DNA of 64,000 nt from an uncultured Bacteroides sp. (GCA_959029255.1 CAUFUE010000018.1:39726-103725), one strand, 5' to 3'; shown: positions 48,349 to 58,536, counted from the stretch's first letter. Made by a program: numbers and translations. The notes: generated by a model not told the origin, from the letters alone.

Positions 48349-48599
48349 ACTTATGTTTTTTTAAATTCGTATTAGTTGATTATTCTGGTTACAAAGGTAC
48401 TCGTTATCCTTATATATATAGGTGGTGTTTTTTATCTATTTATGGTATTAATTGATGCTTTTTAGGGCATTAAATGTTTTTATCCTATATGTGGAACATA
48501 AAAGAGTCCGGTGAACGGAAGTTGATTTATCTGTTCATCGGACTTTGGATATGGAGAAAAAAGGACTTTATCCGGGCGGTGATGCCGGGGCTTATGTAT

Positions 48600-49640
48600 T
48601 TACTCTTTCGTAATCTCGCCTGCCAAATCGGAATTCATGCGGTAGCGGATTTCTTCTTGGCTGAGACCGTGGCCGAGGAGGAACATGAGCTTGGTGACGG
48701 CACATTCGGGAGTGCTGTCGTAACCGCTGATGACGCCTGCCTGAAGAAGTTGGAGTCCGGTTTCGTATCGTCCCATTTCGACGGCGCCGGATTGGCACTG
48801 GGTGATGTTGACGATGACGATGCCACGGTCTGTGGCGTCTTTGAGCTGGCGGATGAACCAATCTTTCTGCGGGGCGTTGCCGGAGCCGAAGGTCTTGAGT
48901 ACGACGGCTTTCAGACCGGGAACGTGCAGGACGGAGTTGATGATACTTTCCTGGATACCGGGGAAGAGGGTGAGCACAACGACATTGGTGTCGAAGAGGT
49001 AGTGGGGCTTCATGGGACGCGTGGTGTCGGGACGGCGGATGAGGGTTTCGTTATAGCGGATGTGGATGCCGACTTTGGCTATTGGGGGGTAGTTGAAAGA
49101 ACGGAAGGCGTTGAAATTCTCGGCGTTGATTTTGGTGGTACGGTTGCCACGCATTAGTTCGTTCTCGAAAAATATGCATACTTCGGGGACGATGGGGGTG
49201 CCGTCGGGATGTTTGGCGGCAGCTATTTCGATGGAGGTGATGAGGTTTTCTTTGCCGTCGGTGCGCAGCATGCCGATGGGGAGCTGTGAACCGGTAAGGA
49301 TGACGGGCTTGGCAAGGTTTTCGAGCATGAAGCTGAGGGCGGATGCCGTGTAGGCCATGGTATCGGTACCGTGAAGGATGACGAAACCGTCGAAGTTATC
49401 GTAGTTATAGTTGATGATTTTCACAATCTTTGCCCAGAGGGATGGTTCCATGTCGGAAGAATCGATAGGCGGATCGAACTGGTAGGAGGAGATGCGGTAG
49501 TTGAAACGTTTCAATTCGGGAACATGCTTGAGCAGTTGGTCGAAGTTGAAGTTTTCGAGTGCGCCGGTTTCCGGGTTTTCTATCATTCCGATAGTGCCAC
49601 CTGTGTAAATTAAGAGCACGGAAGGGTAATTAGCTTTCAT
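48600..49640 (-). CDS. ansA: L-asparaginase type I
   Basis: IYTGGTIGM, HGTDTMAYTAS, TGSQLP and RGNR motifs; start MKANYP at 49640. Confidence 0.93.
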   Translation of the reverse strand: MKANYPSVLLIYTGGTIGMIENPETGALENFNFDQLLKHVPELKRFNYRISSYQFDPPIDSSDMEPSLWAKIVKIINYNYDNFDGFVILHGTDTMAYTASALSFMLENLAKPVILTGSQLPIGMLRTDGKENLITSIEIAAAKHPDGTPIVPEVCIFFENELMRGNRTTKINAENFNAFRSFNYPPIAKVGIHIRYNETLIRRPDTTRPMKPHYLFDTNVVVLTLFPGIQESIINSVLHVPGLKAVVLKTFGSGNAPQKDWFIRQLKDATDRGIVIVNITQCQSGAVEMGRYETGLQLLQAGVISGYDSTPECAVTKLMFLLGHGLSQEEIRYRMNSDLAGEITKE

Positions 49641-49736
49641 AAATGCCTTGTTTTTGCTGTTTCTGGGGCACAAAGATAGGGGAAAGTTGTGAGAAAACTA
49701 TGGCTTAAATGATAATTTAGCGGCTTTGCCGCTAAA

Positions 49737-49824
49737 AGTTGATAGTTGATAGATGATAGTTGATAGATAGCTGCGCTATTATGCCGAATGGTAACTATTA
49801 ACTATCATCTATCAACTATCAACT
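49737..49824. repeat. Inverted heptamer-repeat element (AGTTGAT)n...(ATCAACT)n with GCTGCGCTA..TATGCCG core
   Basis: Read directly; the core is the reverse complement of that in 1913-1999 and 51468-51604. Confidence 0.8.
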
Positions 49825-49839
49825 TCGCGCTCCGCGCGA

Positions 49840-50613
49840 CTAAATTTCCATTTTCAGTTGTCTGATTGCTTTTTCCGCATCCCCTTCAGTCTCATTGAGC
49901 AGGCTTACGAAGCGGCTGCCGATGATGGCGCCGGAGGAGTTGGCGCAGGCGGCGTCAAAGGTTTGTTTGTTGCTGATGCCGAAACCTACCATGCGTGGAT
50001 TTCGTAAGTTCATATCTTGAATTTTCTTGAAATAAGCTTGTTTCTGTGCATCGAAATCTCTTTGTGCGCCGGTGGTGGCGGCAGAAGAAACCATATAGAT
50101 AAAGCCGTCGGTATGGGCGTCTATCTCGCGGATACGCGCTTCGCTGGTCTCGGGGGTGATGAGCATGATGACACGGATATCATATTTCTGGGAAATGGCT
50201 TTGTAGCTTTCTTCATAGTCTTTGAAGGGCAGGTCGGGGATGATTACACCGTCGATGCCATACGCCGCGCACTGCTTGCAGAACGCCTCGAAGCCGAATT
50301 GCATGATGGGATTGAGGTAGCCCATGAGGATGAGGGGGATGTGTACGTCGCGCCGGATATCTCGCAGTTGCTCAAAGAGAATGCGTAGGGACATGCCGTT
50401 GCGCAGGGCACGGGTGGCGGCGTTCTGGATGACAATGCCGTCCGCCATCGGGTCGCTGAAGGGGATGCCGATTTCTATCATGTCGACACCGTTCTTTTCG
50501 AGGGTGCGGATGACGTCGGCAGTACCCTCAAGGGTGGGGCATCCGGCGCAGAAGTAGATTGACAGCAGATTCTTGGGGCTGTCTTGGAAAAGTTGGTTAA
50601 TGCGATTCTTCAT
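49840..50613 (-). CDS. trpA: Tryptophan synthase alpha chain
   Basis: IEIGIPFSDPMADG, LMGYLNP, IIPDLP and VGFGIS motifs. Confidence 0.96.
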   Translation of the reverse strand: MKNRINQLFQDSPKNLLSIYFCAGCPTLEGTADVIRTLEKNGVDMIEIGIPFSDPMADGIVIQNAATRALRNGMSLRILFEQLRDIRRDVHIPLILMGYLNPIMQFGFEAFCKQCAAYGIDGVIIPDLPFKDYEESYKAISQKYDIRVIMLITPETSEARIREIDAHTDGFIYMVSSAATTGAQRDFDAQKQAYFKKIQDMNLRNPRMVGFGISNKQTFDAACANSSGAIIGSRFVSLLNETEGDAEKAIRQLKMEI

Positions 50614-50616
50614 TTT

Positions 50617-50830
50617 ATTTACGATTTTACGATTTGCGATTGAAAATTGAAAATACTTTGTTGATGATGTTTGATGTACGATGTACGATTTACAATGTAC
50701 AATTTACAATGTACGATTTACGATTGGGATTACTTTGTTTACGATTTTATCTACAAATCTAACTTTAATCGTACATCGTACATCGTCAAATCGTACATTC
50801 TCTCAATTGTACATCGTCAAGTTGTACATT
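50617..50830. repeat. Compound inverted heptamer-repeat element (ATTTACG/ATGTACG ... CGTACAT)
   Basis: Fills the trpF-trpA gap and overlaps the trpF stop codon. Confidence 0.85.
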
Positions 50831-51440
50831 CCCTCAGTTCTTCTAAAAAGAGCCGGATGCGCTCCACGTCTTTCACGCCCGGGACGGTTTCAAAACGGCT
50901 GTTGATGTCTATTCCTGCAAAACGTCGATGACGGAACTCTTTGATTGCTTTGGCGCTGTATGAGTTGATGCCACCGCTGAGCAGGAAAGGGGTGATGCCG
51001 TTGTAGAAATTCAGCAGGTTCCAGTCGAACTGGTTGCCGGAACCGCCGAACTGCGGACTTTTGGTGTCGAACAAATAGTAATCACACAACCCTTGGTAGG
51101 TAGTAACCACCATTAGGTCCTTGGGCAGGGATATGGAGAATGCTTTGATGAGGTGCAGGCCGTTGCCGCGCAGTGCACGGCAATACTGAGGCGACTCGTT
51201 GCCATGCAGTTGGATGTAGTCGAGGCTGAAACGGTCGGCATACATCAAGACATTCTCTTTCGTTTCATTTACAAAGACACCGACACGTTTGGCGTGGACG
51301 GGCAGGTACTTGGGCATTTCGTACAGGCAACGGGGGGACTTGGGGTAGAAGATGAAACCAATCATGTTGATGCCCAGTTGTTCTACGTTACGGATATTCT
51401 CCGCTTCGGTCATTCCGCATACTTTGATAATCTTGTTCAT
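50817..51440 (-). CDS. trpF: Phosphoribosylanthranilate isomerase
   Basis: IKVCG, GFIFYPKSPR, VGVFVN, QLHGNE, GGSG, LSGGI and DINSRFE motifs. Confidence 0.95.
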   Translation of the reverse strand: MNKIIKVCGMTEAENIRNVEQLGINMIGFIFYPKSPRCLYEMPKYLPVHAKRVGVFVNETKENVLMYADRFSLDYIQLHGNESPQYCRALRGNGLHLIKAFSISLPKDLMVVTTYQGLCDYYLFDTKSPQFGGSGNQFDWNLLNFYNGITPFLLSGGINSYSAKAIKEFRHRRFAGIDINSRFETVPGVKDVERIRLFLEELRECTT

Positions 51441-51467
51441 GTTGTTACTGCTATTAGATTTGAATTT

Positions 51468-51604
51468 AATGAAGAACTAGAACTAAAAATGAAGAATGAA
51501 GAATTAAGAATGAAGAATTCCCTTGCGGCATACTCGCATAGCGCAGCTAAATTCTTCATTCTTCATTCTTAGTTCTTCATTTTTTAGTTCTTCATTCTTC
51601 ATTT
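51468..51604. repeat. Inverted heptamer-repeat element (AATGAAG)n...(CTTCATT)n
   Basis: Fills the trpC-trpF gap; core CCTTGCGGCATACTCGCATAGCGCAGCTA. Confidence 0.88.
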
Positions 51605-52434
51605 ATCATTAAATAAAGTTTTCTCAATGTGTCACCAGGGTATTCGGTTTTCATAAATGTTTCTCCCATGAGGAAACCACGGAAACCGGCTGCACGCAGG
51701 TTGTGGATGGTCTCAGGATGGGAAATGCCGCTTTCTGAAACGAGTAGGGGGAGGTTTTCAGGGGCGGCGGAACTGCCGGTTATGCCGGTAACGGTTTGAC
51801 GGAGCTGTTCGGCTATACGGAAGGAGTTTTCCACATCCGTGACGAAGGTGCCGAGGTTACGATTGTTTACACCTATCATATCTACTTCTTTATTGATGTA
51901 GGCAAGTTCTGAGGGAGAGTGGATTTCGAGTAACACTTCCAGCCCGAGGCTGTGTGCCCGGGCAGTGAGTAGGGTACATTCCTCCTGGCTGAGACAGGCG
52001 GCTATCAGCAATATGGCATCTGCGCCTACGATTCGTGCTTGGAGCAGCTGGTACTCATCGATGATGAAATCTTTGCGAAGAATAGGGATGCTGATGAGCG
52101 GACGGGCGGTACGGATATCACGTAAGGAACCGCCGAAAAACTTCTCATCCGTCAGAATGGAAACAGCGGAAGCGCCGGCGGTTTCGTATGCGGCCGGAAT
52201 CTTCTCCGCATCGGCGCTTTCGTATATCCATCCCTTGGATGGAGAACGGCGTTTGAACTCGGCAATGATGCCGGTAGCAGAGGTGGCGAGCGCTTTCTTC
52301 ATGCTACGCCGGTGCGGGCTTTCATTCATCAGAATGTCCACTTGTTCACGTAAATGTTCCGATGAAATGGCTTGTTTTTGCATTTCCACTTCTATACGTT
52401 TATGCTTTACTATTTCAGATAATATATCTTTCAT
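51592..52434 (-). CDS. trpC: Indole-3-glycerol phosphate synthase
   Basis: IAEFKRRSPSKG, SILTDEKFF, LRKDFI, GVNNRNL and SESGI motifs. Confidence 0.96.
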   Translation of the reverse strand: MKDILSEIVKHKRIEVEMQKQAISSEHLREQVDILMNESPHRRSMKKALATSATGIIAEFKRRSPSKGWIYESADAEKIPAAYETAGASAVSILTDEKFFGGSLRDIRTARPLISIPILRKDFIIDEYQLLQARIVGADAILLIAACLSQEECTLLTARAHSLGLEVLLEIHSPSELAYINKEVDMIGVNNRNLGTFVTDVENSFRIAEQLRQTVTGITGSSAAPENLPLLVSESGISHPETIHNLRAAGFRGFLMGETFMKTEYPGDTLRKLYLMINEE

Positions 52435-52459
52435 TGTTTTGATGTTTTTAAAAATTTAG

Positions 52460-52798
52460 TTTTTCACTACAGAGGGGATTTTTCACTACAGAGGGGATTT
52501 TTCACCACAGAGGACACAGAGGTTTTATTTTTTCAGACGCGGATAACGCGGATTCTATGGCTGCGCTATGTCGCTTTTTTAGGCACGGATTACACGAATT
52601 ACGCAGATAAATTTACTCTGTTGTTACTTAAGAAAAAAACTGTGTCATCTGCGTTTGAAAAATTAAAATCCGCTCAATCCGCTCAATCCGCGTCGAAAAA
52701 ATCAGAGACACAGCGCAGCCTTAAAATCCGCGTCATTCCGCGTAATTCGCGCCTAAAAGATTTAAACCTCTGTGCCCTCTGTGTCCTCTGTGGTGAAA
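52460..52798. repeat. Nested palindromic element with a tandemly duplicated 19-bp left end
   Basis: TTTTTCACTACAGAGGGGA twice, then TTTTTCACCACAGAGGACACAGAGG ... CCTCTGTGTCCTCTGTGGTGAAA; inner GACGCGGAT and GGCTGCGCT/AGCGCAGCC arms. Confidence 0.8.
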
Positions 52799-52811
52799 GA
52801 AAAATTTCTGT

Positions 52812-53807
52812 TTAACTGTTTATTTCAATAAATTTCTTCAGCATCTTCAGTGCCCGTCCACTTTCCAGCGATTCGCGGGCAATGGCGATGCACTCTTCAA
52901 TTTCCTTATCCGGCTCCATCACCTGGATGGCAAATGCGGCATTCACTATGACACATTGCGCTTGGGCGGGAGTAGCACGGTTTGTCAAGATATTGTCGAA
53001 GATACGGGCGGCATCTTCCTTGCAAACGCCTCCGAAGAGTTCCTCAGGACGTGCATCGCTGAAACCGAGGGTCTGCGGACGATAGATACGCTCATAGTGA
53101 CGTGTCATCACCTTAAACTCATCCGTCAGCGAGATTTCATCGTAGCTGTCCAGACTGTTGACAACGGCAAAGTCGATGCCGAGCTTGTAGAACACATTCG
53201 TGTAAAGACGCATCTGCGAGAGGTCCGCCACGCCGAGTAATTGGTAAGCCGGTTTGCAAGGGTTCACCAAAGGCCCCAGCAGGTTGAACAGCGTGCGCAC
53301 TCCTAAAGCCTTGCGTACAGGTCCCACAAACTTCATTGCCGGATTGAACAGTTGGGCGTGCAGATAGGCGATATTACACTCCTCCATGCTGCGTTTCAGG
53401 GGTTCGGGATTGTTGGTGAAGCGGACCCCGTGCTGTTCGATGACATTACTGGCTCCGCTGACGGAAGTCGCCCCGTAATTGCCATGCTTGGCTACTTTAT
53501 ATCCGGCTCCTGCCACCACAAAACAAGCGCAGGTAGAGATGTTGAAAGTATTCTTCCCGTCACCACCCGTACCCACGATATCAATGGGATGATAAGGCGC
53601 GAAGTCTATCGGGATGCGAGTCTCCATAAGTGCTTCGCGAAAGCCGATAAGCTCGTCTACTGTGATGCCACGCATCTGAAAAGCAGTGAGTAACGCTGCT
53701 ATCTGCGCTTCGGGATACATTTCCCGGGTGATGTTGAGGAGTATCTGTTTCGTCTCCTCCGAGGTGAGCTCTTCATGGTTGAAGAGACGGGTTAGTATTG
53801 ATTTCAT
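52812..53807 (-). CDS. trpD: Anthranilate phosphoribosyltransferase
   Basis: DIVGTGGDGKNTFNIST, AKHGN and RTLFNLLGPLVNP motifs. Confidence 0.96.
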   Translation of the reverse strand: MKSILTRLFNHEELTSEETKQILLNITREMYPEAQIAALLTAFQMRGITVDELIGFREALMETRIPIDFAPYHPIDIVGTGGDGKNTFNISTCACFVVAGAGYKVAKHGNYGATSVSGASNVIEQHGVRFTNNPEPLKRSMEECNIAYLHAQLFNPAMKFVGPVRKALGVRTLFNLLGPLVNPCKPAYQLLGVADLSQMRLYTNVFYKLGIDFAVVNSLDSYDEISLTDEFKVMTRHYERIYRPQTLGFSDARPEELFGGVCKEDAARIFDNILTNRATPAQAQCVIVNAAFAIQVMEPDKEIEECIAIARESLESGRALKMLKKFIEINS

Positions 53808-53813
53808 GTGTTT

Positions 53814-53865
53814 ATTTACGATTTACAATTTACGATTTACCATTTACAATGTACAATTTACGATT
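53814..53865. repeat. Heptamer arm (ATTTACR/C)n upstream of the trpD start
   Basis: atttacg atttaca atttacg atttacc atttaca atgtaca atttacg. Confidence 0.85.
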
Positions 53866-53880
53866 GAAAAAACTCTTGAA

Positions 53881-54011
53881 TTGCAATGACGTTGGTTGAT
53901 GCCCGGAATGACACATCCGGACATCGGTAATGCCGCAGTTGAGCGATGCTGAAGTGTGGCATTTGTCCTGCTGAGGTGTGGCATTTCGGACACTGAAGTG
54001 CGGCATTGCAA
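53881..54011. repeat. 22-bp-periodic array: three AATG(A/C)C cores then three inverted GA(A/G)GTGYGGCATT cores
   Basis: Cores start at 53885, 53907 and 53929, then 53951, 53973 and 53995; TTGCAA at both ends. Confidence 0.78.
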
Positions 54012-54019
54012 ATTCTGTA

Positions 54020-54631
54020 TCATACATGGTTCAGCCAGTTTTTCATAATTTTTTTCCCGTCAGGGGTCAGTACTGATTCGGGGTGGAACTGGATGCCACG
54101 GATGTCATATTCCCGGTGTTTCAACGCCATAATCTGCCCTTCGGGGCTGAGGGCTGTCACGGCAAGCTCTTCAGGAAAGCCTTCCGTATCGACTACCCAG
54201 GAGTGATATCGCCCTACGGGAATTCTGCCGGGCAGATTTTCAAAGAGAACATCTGTCCCGATAGCCGCTTTAAGCTGCAATTCTTCATTCTTCATTCTTA
54301 ATTCTTCATTTAGAAGCACTTCCGTCTGTACACCGTGGAATACATCGTTCAGATTGGTCAGTTTCCCACCGAATACCTGTCCGATGGCCTGTTCGCCCAG
54401 GCAAACACCGAGTATGGGCTTTTTTCCTTTATAAGTGCGGATAACATCCAGCAACAGTCCCGCTTCCTCGGGGATGCCGGGGCCCGGAGAAAGGATGATT
54501 TTATCGTACTTTTCTAGTTCTTCGAGTTCGAACCGGTCATTACGTAACACTTCTACTTCCGCACCAAGTTCTTTCACCAGATGTGCCAGATTGTAGGTGA
54601 ACGAGTCGTAATTATCTATGATTGCTAACAT
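54020..54631 (-). CDS. trpG: Anthranilate synthase component II (glutamine amidotransferase)
   Basis: IDNYDSFTYN, LSPGPG, GVCLG, RYHS and GIQFHPES motifs. Confidence 0.96.
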   Translation of the reverse strand: MLAIIDNYDSFTYNLAHLVKELGAEVEVLRNDRFELEELEKYDKIILSPGPGIPEEAGLLLDVIRTYKGKKPILGVCLGEQAIGQVFGGKLTNLNDVFHGVQTEVLLNEELRMKNEELQLKAAIGTDVLFENLPGRIPVGRYHSWVVDTEGFPEELAVTALSPEGQIMALKHREYDIRGIQFHPESVLTPDGKKIMKNWLNHV

Positions 54632-54634
54632 CTT

Positions 54635-54779
54635 ATTTACAATTTACAATTTACCATTTACCATTTACAAAGTACCATTTACCACTTACAAAGCACAATT
54701 TACCATTCCCCATCTACCACTTAATTTCCCTTCCACACCGCATGGCAAATTGTACATTGTCCTTTGTACATTGTACATC
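54635..54779. repeat. Degenerate inverted heptamer element (ATTTACA/ATTTACC ... TGTACAT)
   Basis: Fills the trpE-trpG gap. Confidence 0.75.
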
Positions 54780-56181
54780 ACTTTGTTTTTTCCGCCATTT
54801 CAATCGCTTTCTTCAGAGCTCCAAGCTTGTTGTTCACCTCTTGCAACTCATATTCTTCATTACTTTTGGCAACGATGCCGCCGCCTGCCTGAAACCAGAG
54901 CACACCGTTACGGCTGACGAAGGTACGTATGGTGATTGCCTGGTTCAGACTGCCGTTCAGTCCGATGAAACCGATGCATCCGCCGTAAGCGCCACGGTTG
55001 TGCGGCTCCAGCTCACTGATGAGCTGCATGGCACGCACTTTGGGGGCGCCGCTCAATGTTCCGGCAGGGAAAGTATCGATGAATGCTTTGATTGTATTCG
55101 CGTCTTCGTCCAACGTGCCACTGACACGGCTCACCAAGTGAATGACATGGCTGTAATACTGCATATCCTTATAAAAATCCACTTTTACATCGTGGCAATT
55201 ACGGCTGAGATCGTTGCGGGCAAGGTCTACAAGCATCACGTGCTCTGCATTTTCCTTCGGATCATCGTGCAGGTATTGAGCGTTGACAGCATCCTGTTCC
55301 GGATTTCCGGTGCGACGGGTAGTTCCGGCGATAGGGTCGATATAGGCATGCCTGCCTTCGATGCGGCAATGTGTTTCGGGCGACGAGCCGAAGATCCGGA
55401 AACCGCCGAAGTCGAAGTAGAACAGGTAAGGAGAGGGGTTGATGCTGCGCAGGGCACGATATAACTTGAAGTCATCGCCCACGAAATGCTGCTCGAAACG
55501 GCGGGAAAGCACAATCTGGAAGACATCGCCACGCAGACAGTGGGCTATGCCTTGACGGATATTCGCTTTATGTTCTTCGTCGGTCAGCGGAGAAGTGGTT
55601 TCGCCCACTGCACGAAAATCGTAGGCGGTGTAGTTGCGGTTGTGGATGGCCTTCTGCACTTTGTCCAGTTCGCTGGCTTCTCCCGGTGCAAGCATTTCAA
55701 GCAGTAACATTTCGTTTTTGAAATCGTTGAAGACGATGAGATACTTATATAATATGTATAGCATGTCGGGCGCATCGTTGGTGGCTTCGCGACTGTCTTT
55801 CACAGGGATGTTTTCAAAATAGCGGACGGCATTGAAGGAAGTATAGCCGTAAAGTCCGCAATAACTGCTGTACTCACCTTCTGCCTTAAAGCGGTTCAGA
55901 AAGTCACTGAGTGCATTTTCTACGCGATATTTATCGGTCACGGGGCGTTCCTCCCGGGTTCCGTCGGGCAGGCGGAAGATGGCGGTACCGTGGTCTATGC
56001 TGACACTTGCCACGGGGCAAAGGCCGATGAAGGAGCGGTTGTTTTCACTGCCGTGATAGTCGGAACTCTCCATGAGTGCGCTTTGCGGAAAAATGTCGCG
56101 TACTTTCAGGTAAGTGCTCACCGGAGTGTGCAGGTCGCCGAGTACGGTACGGCTGACGGTGGTATAGTTGTAGGTTTTCAT
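54778..56181 (-). CDS. trpE: Anthranilate synthase component I
   Basis: [40 protein letters not shown] and [11 protein letters not shown] motifs. Confidence 0.96.
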   Translation of the reverse strand: MKTYNYTTVSRTVLGDLHTPVSTYLKVRDIFPQSALMESSDYHGSENNRSFIGLCPVASVSIDHGTAIFRLPDGTREERPVTDKYRVENALSDFLNRFKAEGEYSSYCGLYGYTSFNAVRYFENIPVKDSREATNDAPDMLYILYKYLIVFNDFKNEMLLLEMLAPGEASELDKVQKAIHNRNYTAYDFRAVGETTSPLTDEEHKANIRQGIAHCLRGDVFQIVLSRRFEQHFVGDDFKLYRALRSINPSPYLFYFDFGGFRIFGSSPETHCRIEGRHAYIDPIAGTTRRTGNPEQDAVNAQYLHDDPKENAEHVMLVDLARNDLSRNCHDVKVDFYKDMQYYSHVIHLVSRVSGTLDEDANTIKAFIDTFPAGTLSGAPKVRAMQLISELEPHNRGAYGGCIGFIGLNGSLNQAITIRTFVSRNGVLWFQAGGGIVAKSNEEYELQEVNNKLGALKKAIEMAEKTK

Positions 56182-57362
56182 GGTTGAGTATAGTTTAAGT
56201 ATGTTTCTATATCCTTGTCTCCCCGGCCCGAAACGGTCAGCACTACTACATCTTCCGGTTTGAAGTTCAGTTTCTCCAGAGCACCGAGGGCATGGGCGCT
56301 TTCCAGGGCGGGAATGATACCTTCCAGTTTTGTCAATTCGTAGGCCGCGCGGACAGCTTCATCGTCATTTACCGACAGAACGATGGCGCGCTTTTGGGCG
56401 GCGAGATTGGCGTGCATGGGCCCGATACCCGGATAATCCAGTCCGGCAGAAATGGAATAAGGCTCTTCTATCTGGCCGTCCTCATTCTGAATGACGTATG
56501 TACGGGCGCCGTGAATGATACCCATCTTTCCGAGGGCGATGGTGGCGGCGGTCATACCCGTCTCTATGCCTTTGCCACCGGCTTCGGCAAGTACTATCTG
56601 CACGCGGTGGTCGTCGATGTAATGGTAGATGGTTCCGGCTGCATTACTTCCGCCGCCTACGCAGGCTATGAGGTAGTCGGGACAGTCGCGTCCTTCCTTC
56701 TCCCGGAGCTGCTTCTTGATTTCTTCGCTGATGACGGATTGCAAGCGTGCCACCATGTCGGGATAGGGGTGCGGGCCTACGGTGGAACCTATTATATAAT
56801 AGGTGTCCGAGGGATGACAACACCAGTCGCGGATGGCTTCGTTGGTGGCATCCTTCAGTGTCATGTTGCCGCTGGTGACGGGTATCACTGTAGCGCCGAG
56901 CATTTTCATTTTTTCCACATTGACGTGCTGGCGTTCCACGTCGGTCTTGCCCATATAGACGATGCACTCCATGTTCATCAAGGCGCATACGGTGGCTGTG
57001 GCAACTCCATGCTGTCCGGCACCGGTTTCGGCAATGATGCGGTGTTTACCCATGCGGCGTGCCAGCAATATCTGGCCGATGGTGTTGTTTATCTTGTGCG
57101 CACCGGTATGGTTCAGGTCTTCACGCTTCAGGTAAATCTTGCAGCCATATTTTTCAGAAAGGCGGTGAGCCTGATAGAGTGGGGAAGGACGGCCTACGTA
57201 GTCGCGCAACAACTGGTCGTACTCACGCTTGAAGTCTTCACTTTGCAGCACTTCGAGGTAAGTTTGCTGCAATTCTTCCACACATTTGTGGAGTATCTCG
57301 GGGACGTATGCTCCGCCGAATTCTCCGTAATAACCTTCTTTGTCAACTAAGAAACTCAACAT
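56178..57362 (-). CDS. trpB: Tryptophan synthase beta chain
   Basis: [38 protein letters not shown] and SGRGDKD motifs. Confidence 0.97.
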   Translation of the reverse strand: MLSFLVDKEGYYGEFGGAYVPEILHKCVEELQQTYLEVLQSEDFKREYDQLLRDYVGRPSPLYQAHRLSEKYGCKIYLKREDLNHTGAHKINNTIGQILLARRMGKHRIIAETGAGQHGVATATVCALMNMECIVYMGKTDVERQHVNVEKMKMLGATVIPVTSGNMTLKDATNEAIRDWCCHPSDTYYIIGSTVGPHPYPDMVARLQSVISEEIKKQLREKEGRDCPDYLIACVGGGSNAAGTIYHYIDDHRVQIVLAEAGGKGIETGMTAATIALGKMGIIHGARTYVIQNEDGQIEEPYSISAGLDYPGIGPMHANLAAQKRAIVLSVNDDEAVRAAYELTKLEGIIPALESAHALGALEKLNFKPEDVVVLTVSGRGDKDIETYLNYTQP

Positions 57363-57366
57363 GCTA

Positions 57367-57410
57367 TTTACAATTTACAATTTACTATTTACTATTTACT
57401 ATTTACGATT
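57367..57410. repeat. Heptamer arm (ATTTACN)6 immediately upstream of the trpB start
   Basis: atttaca atttaca atttact atttact atttact atttacg. Confidence 0.85.
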
Positions 57411-57460
57411 GAAATGGGCTCGATTTGAATGCTTGGGGGAATATGGATATGGCTTAAACG

Positions 57461-57497
57461 AAAAGAGCCCCGTCGCTTGGTGCGACAGGGCTCTTTC
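57461..57497 (-). terminator. trp attenuator terminator hairpin
   Basis: Minus strand AAAGAGCCCTGTCGC-accaa-GCGACGGGGCTCTTTT. Confidence 0.85.
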
Positions 57498-57546
57498 TTT
57501 GTTCTTATAATGTTGTATCACATATATACATACGAGCACTGCTCCC

Positions 57547-57609
57547 TTACGACTGTCGGAGTTGTAACGGGTGCCACCACCAATATGTATTTACGAACAT
57601 TGTTTTCAT
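57547..57609 (-). CDS. trpL: trp operon leader peptide MKTMFVNTYWWWHPLQLRQS (Bacteroid-trp type attenuator)
   Basis: Three consecutive TGG codons, lying between the -7 element TATATTTG (57634-57641) and the terminator. Confidence 0.9.
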   Translation of the reverse strand: MKTMFVNTYWWWHPLQLRQS

Positions 57610-57766
57610 TGTCTTTTTTGTTTTTAACGGCAGCAAATATATGCACTTTGTTTTAAATAACAAACTAAATCTTACTTTTTTTTATTCATAGAACAATTTT
57701 CTTATAATTTTGTTTTATAACGAGAAAATAAACCATTATTAATTAACGGATAGAAAGGAACAAACT

Positions 57767-57874
57767 ATGAATAGAAAGCAACTGGTCGCCATAGGTGTTG
57801 TCATTGCAATAATACTGTTACTTTATTGGCTTTTTGTGGCCGAAGACCTGAATGCCTGGCTGAATGTAAATTGA
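57767..57874 (+). CDS. Small single-pass membrane protein (35 aa)
   Basis: Manual translation MNRKQLVAIGVVIAIILLLYWLFVAEDLNAWLNVN; A-rich leader. Confidence 0.55.
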   Translation: MNRKQLVAIGVVIAIILLLYWLFVAEDLNAWLNVN

Positions 57875-57939
57875 TTTTTCGGAACTTTCGTGCGGAGTTG
57901 TTCGGATAAAAACGTATCTTCGCAGAAAATCATAAACTC

Positions 57940-58524
57940 ATGAAAGGACTAAGTTTTTCATTTTTGCGCATTATATGCGCGCTGATAATCGGTTTGGTCT
58001 TGGTAATGTTCCCTGACCGTGCCGGTGAGTACTTTATAATAACGATTGGTGTCGTTTTCCTGATACCATCGCTCATTAGTATCATTGGATATCTTGTGCA
58101 GAATGCCGAAGTAAAGAAGCGTTTCCCTATTGAAGGGGTGGGCAGTCTGTTGTTTGGACTGTTGCTCATCATTATGGCGGGTTTCTTCTCGAAATTCCTG
58201 ACAATCGTTTTGGGCTTTATCCTTGTGATGGGAGGTGTCCAGCAGATATCTTCTCTTGCTGCCGCCCGTCGTTGGATGCCGGTTCCCGGTGCGTTCTACA
58301 TTGTCCCCGTGTTGATTTTGATAGCCGGGCTCATCGCGCTGTTCAATCCCACCGGAGCTCAAAAGACCGCATTTATCATTATAGGAGTCACAAGTTTGGT
58401 TTATGCGGCTTCTGAACTGATAAACTGGTTTAAATTTACACGCCGTCGTCCTCAAGTCCCCGTTGCCCCCGGAAAGATTTCCGAGGCTGACGATGCTGTT
58501 GAAGATGCGGAGATTATTGAGTAA
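57940..58524 (+). CDS. HdeD/DUF308-family membrane protein
   Basis: Six TM segments with a repeated G..L..P pattern. Confidence 0.7.
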   Translation: MKGLSFSFLRIICALIIGLVLVMFPDRAGEYFIITIGVVFLIPSLISIIGYLVQNAEVKKRFPIEGVGSLLFGLLLIIMAGFFSKFLTIVLGFILVMGGVQQISSLAAARRWMPVPGAFYIVPVLILIAGLIALFNPTGAQKTAFIIIGVTSLVYAASELINWFKFTRRRPQVPVAPGKISEADDAVEDAEIIE

Positions 58525-58536
58525 AAGTGAAAAATT

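Noticed and set aside
48350..48470. Invertible promoter for the polysaccharide locus
   Set aside because: A -7 element is present, but no flanking inverted-repeat pair or recombinase gene could be identified by eye.
50671..50931. Short ORFs such as MMYDVRFTMYNLQCTIYD and MLLKKKTVSS (52621-52815)
   Set aside because: Translations of intergenic repeat elements, not credible proteins.
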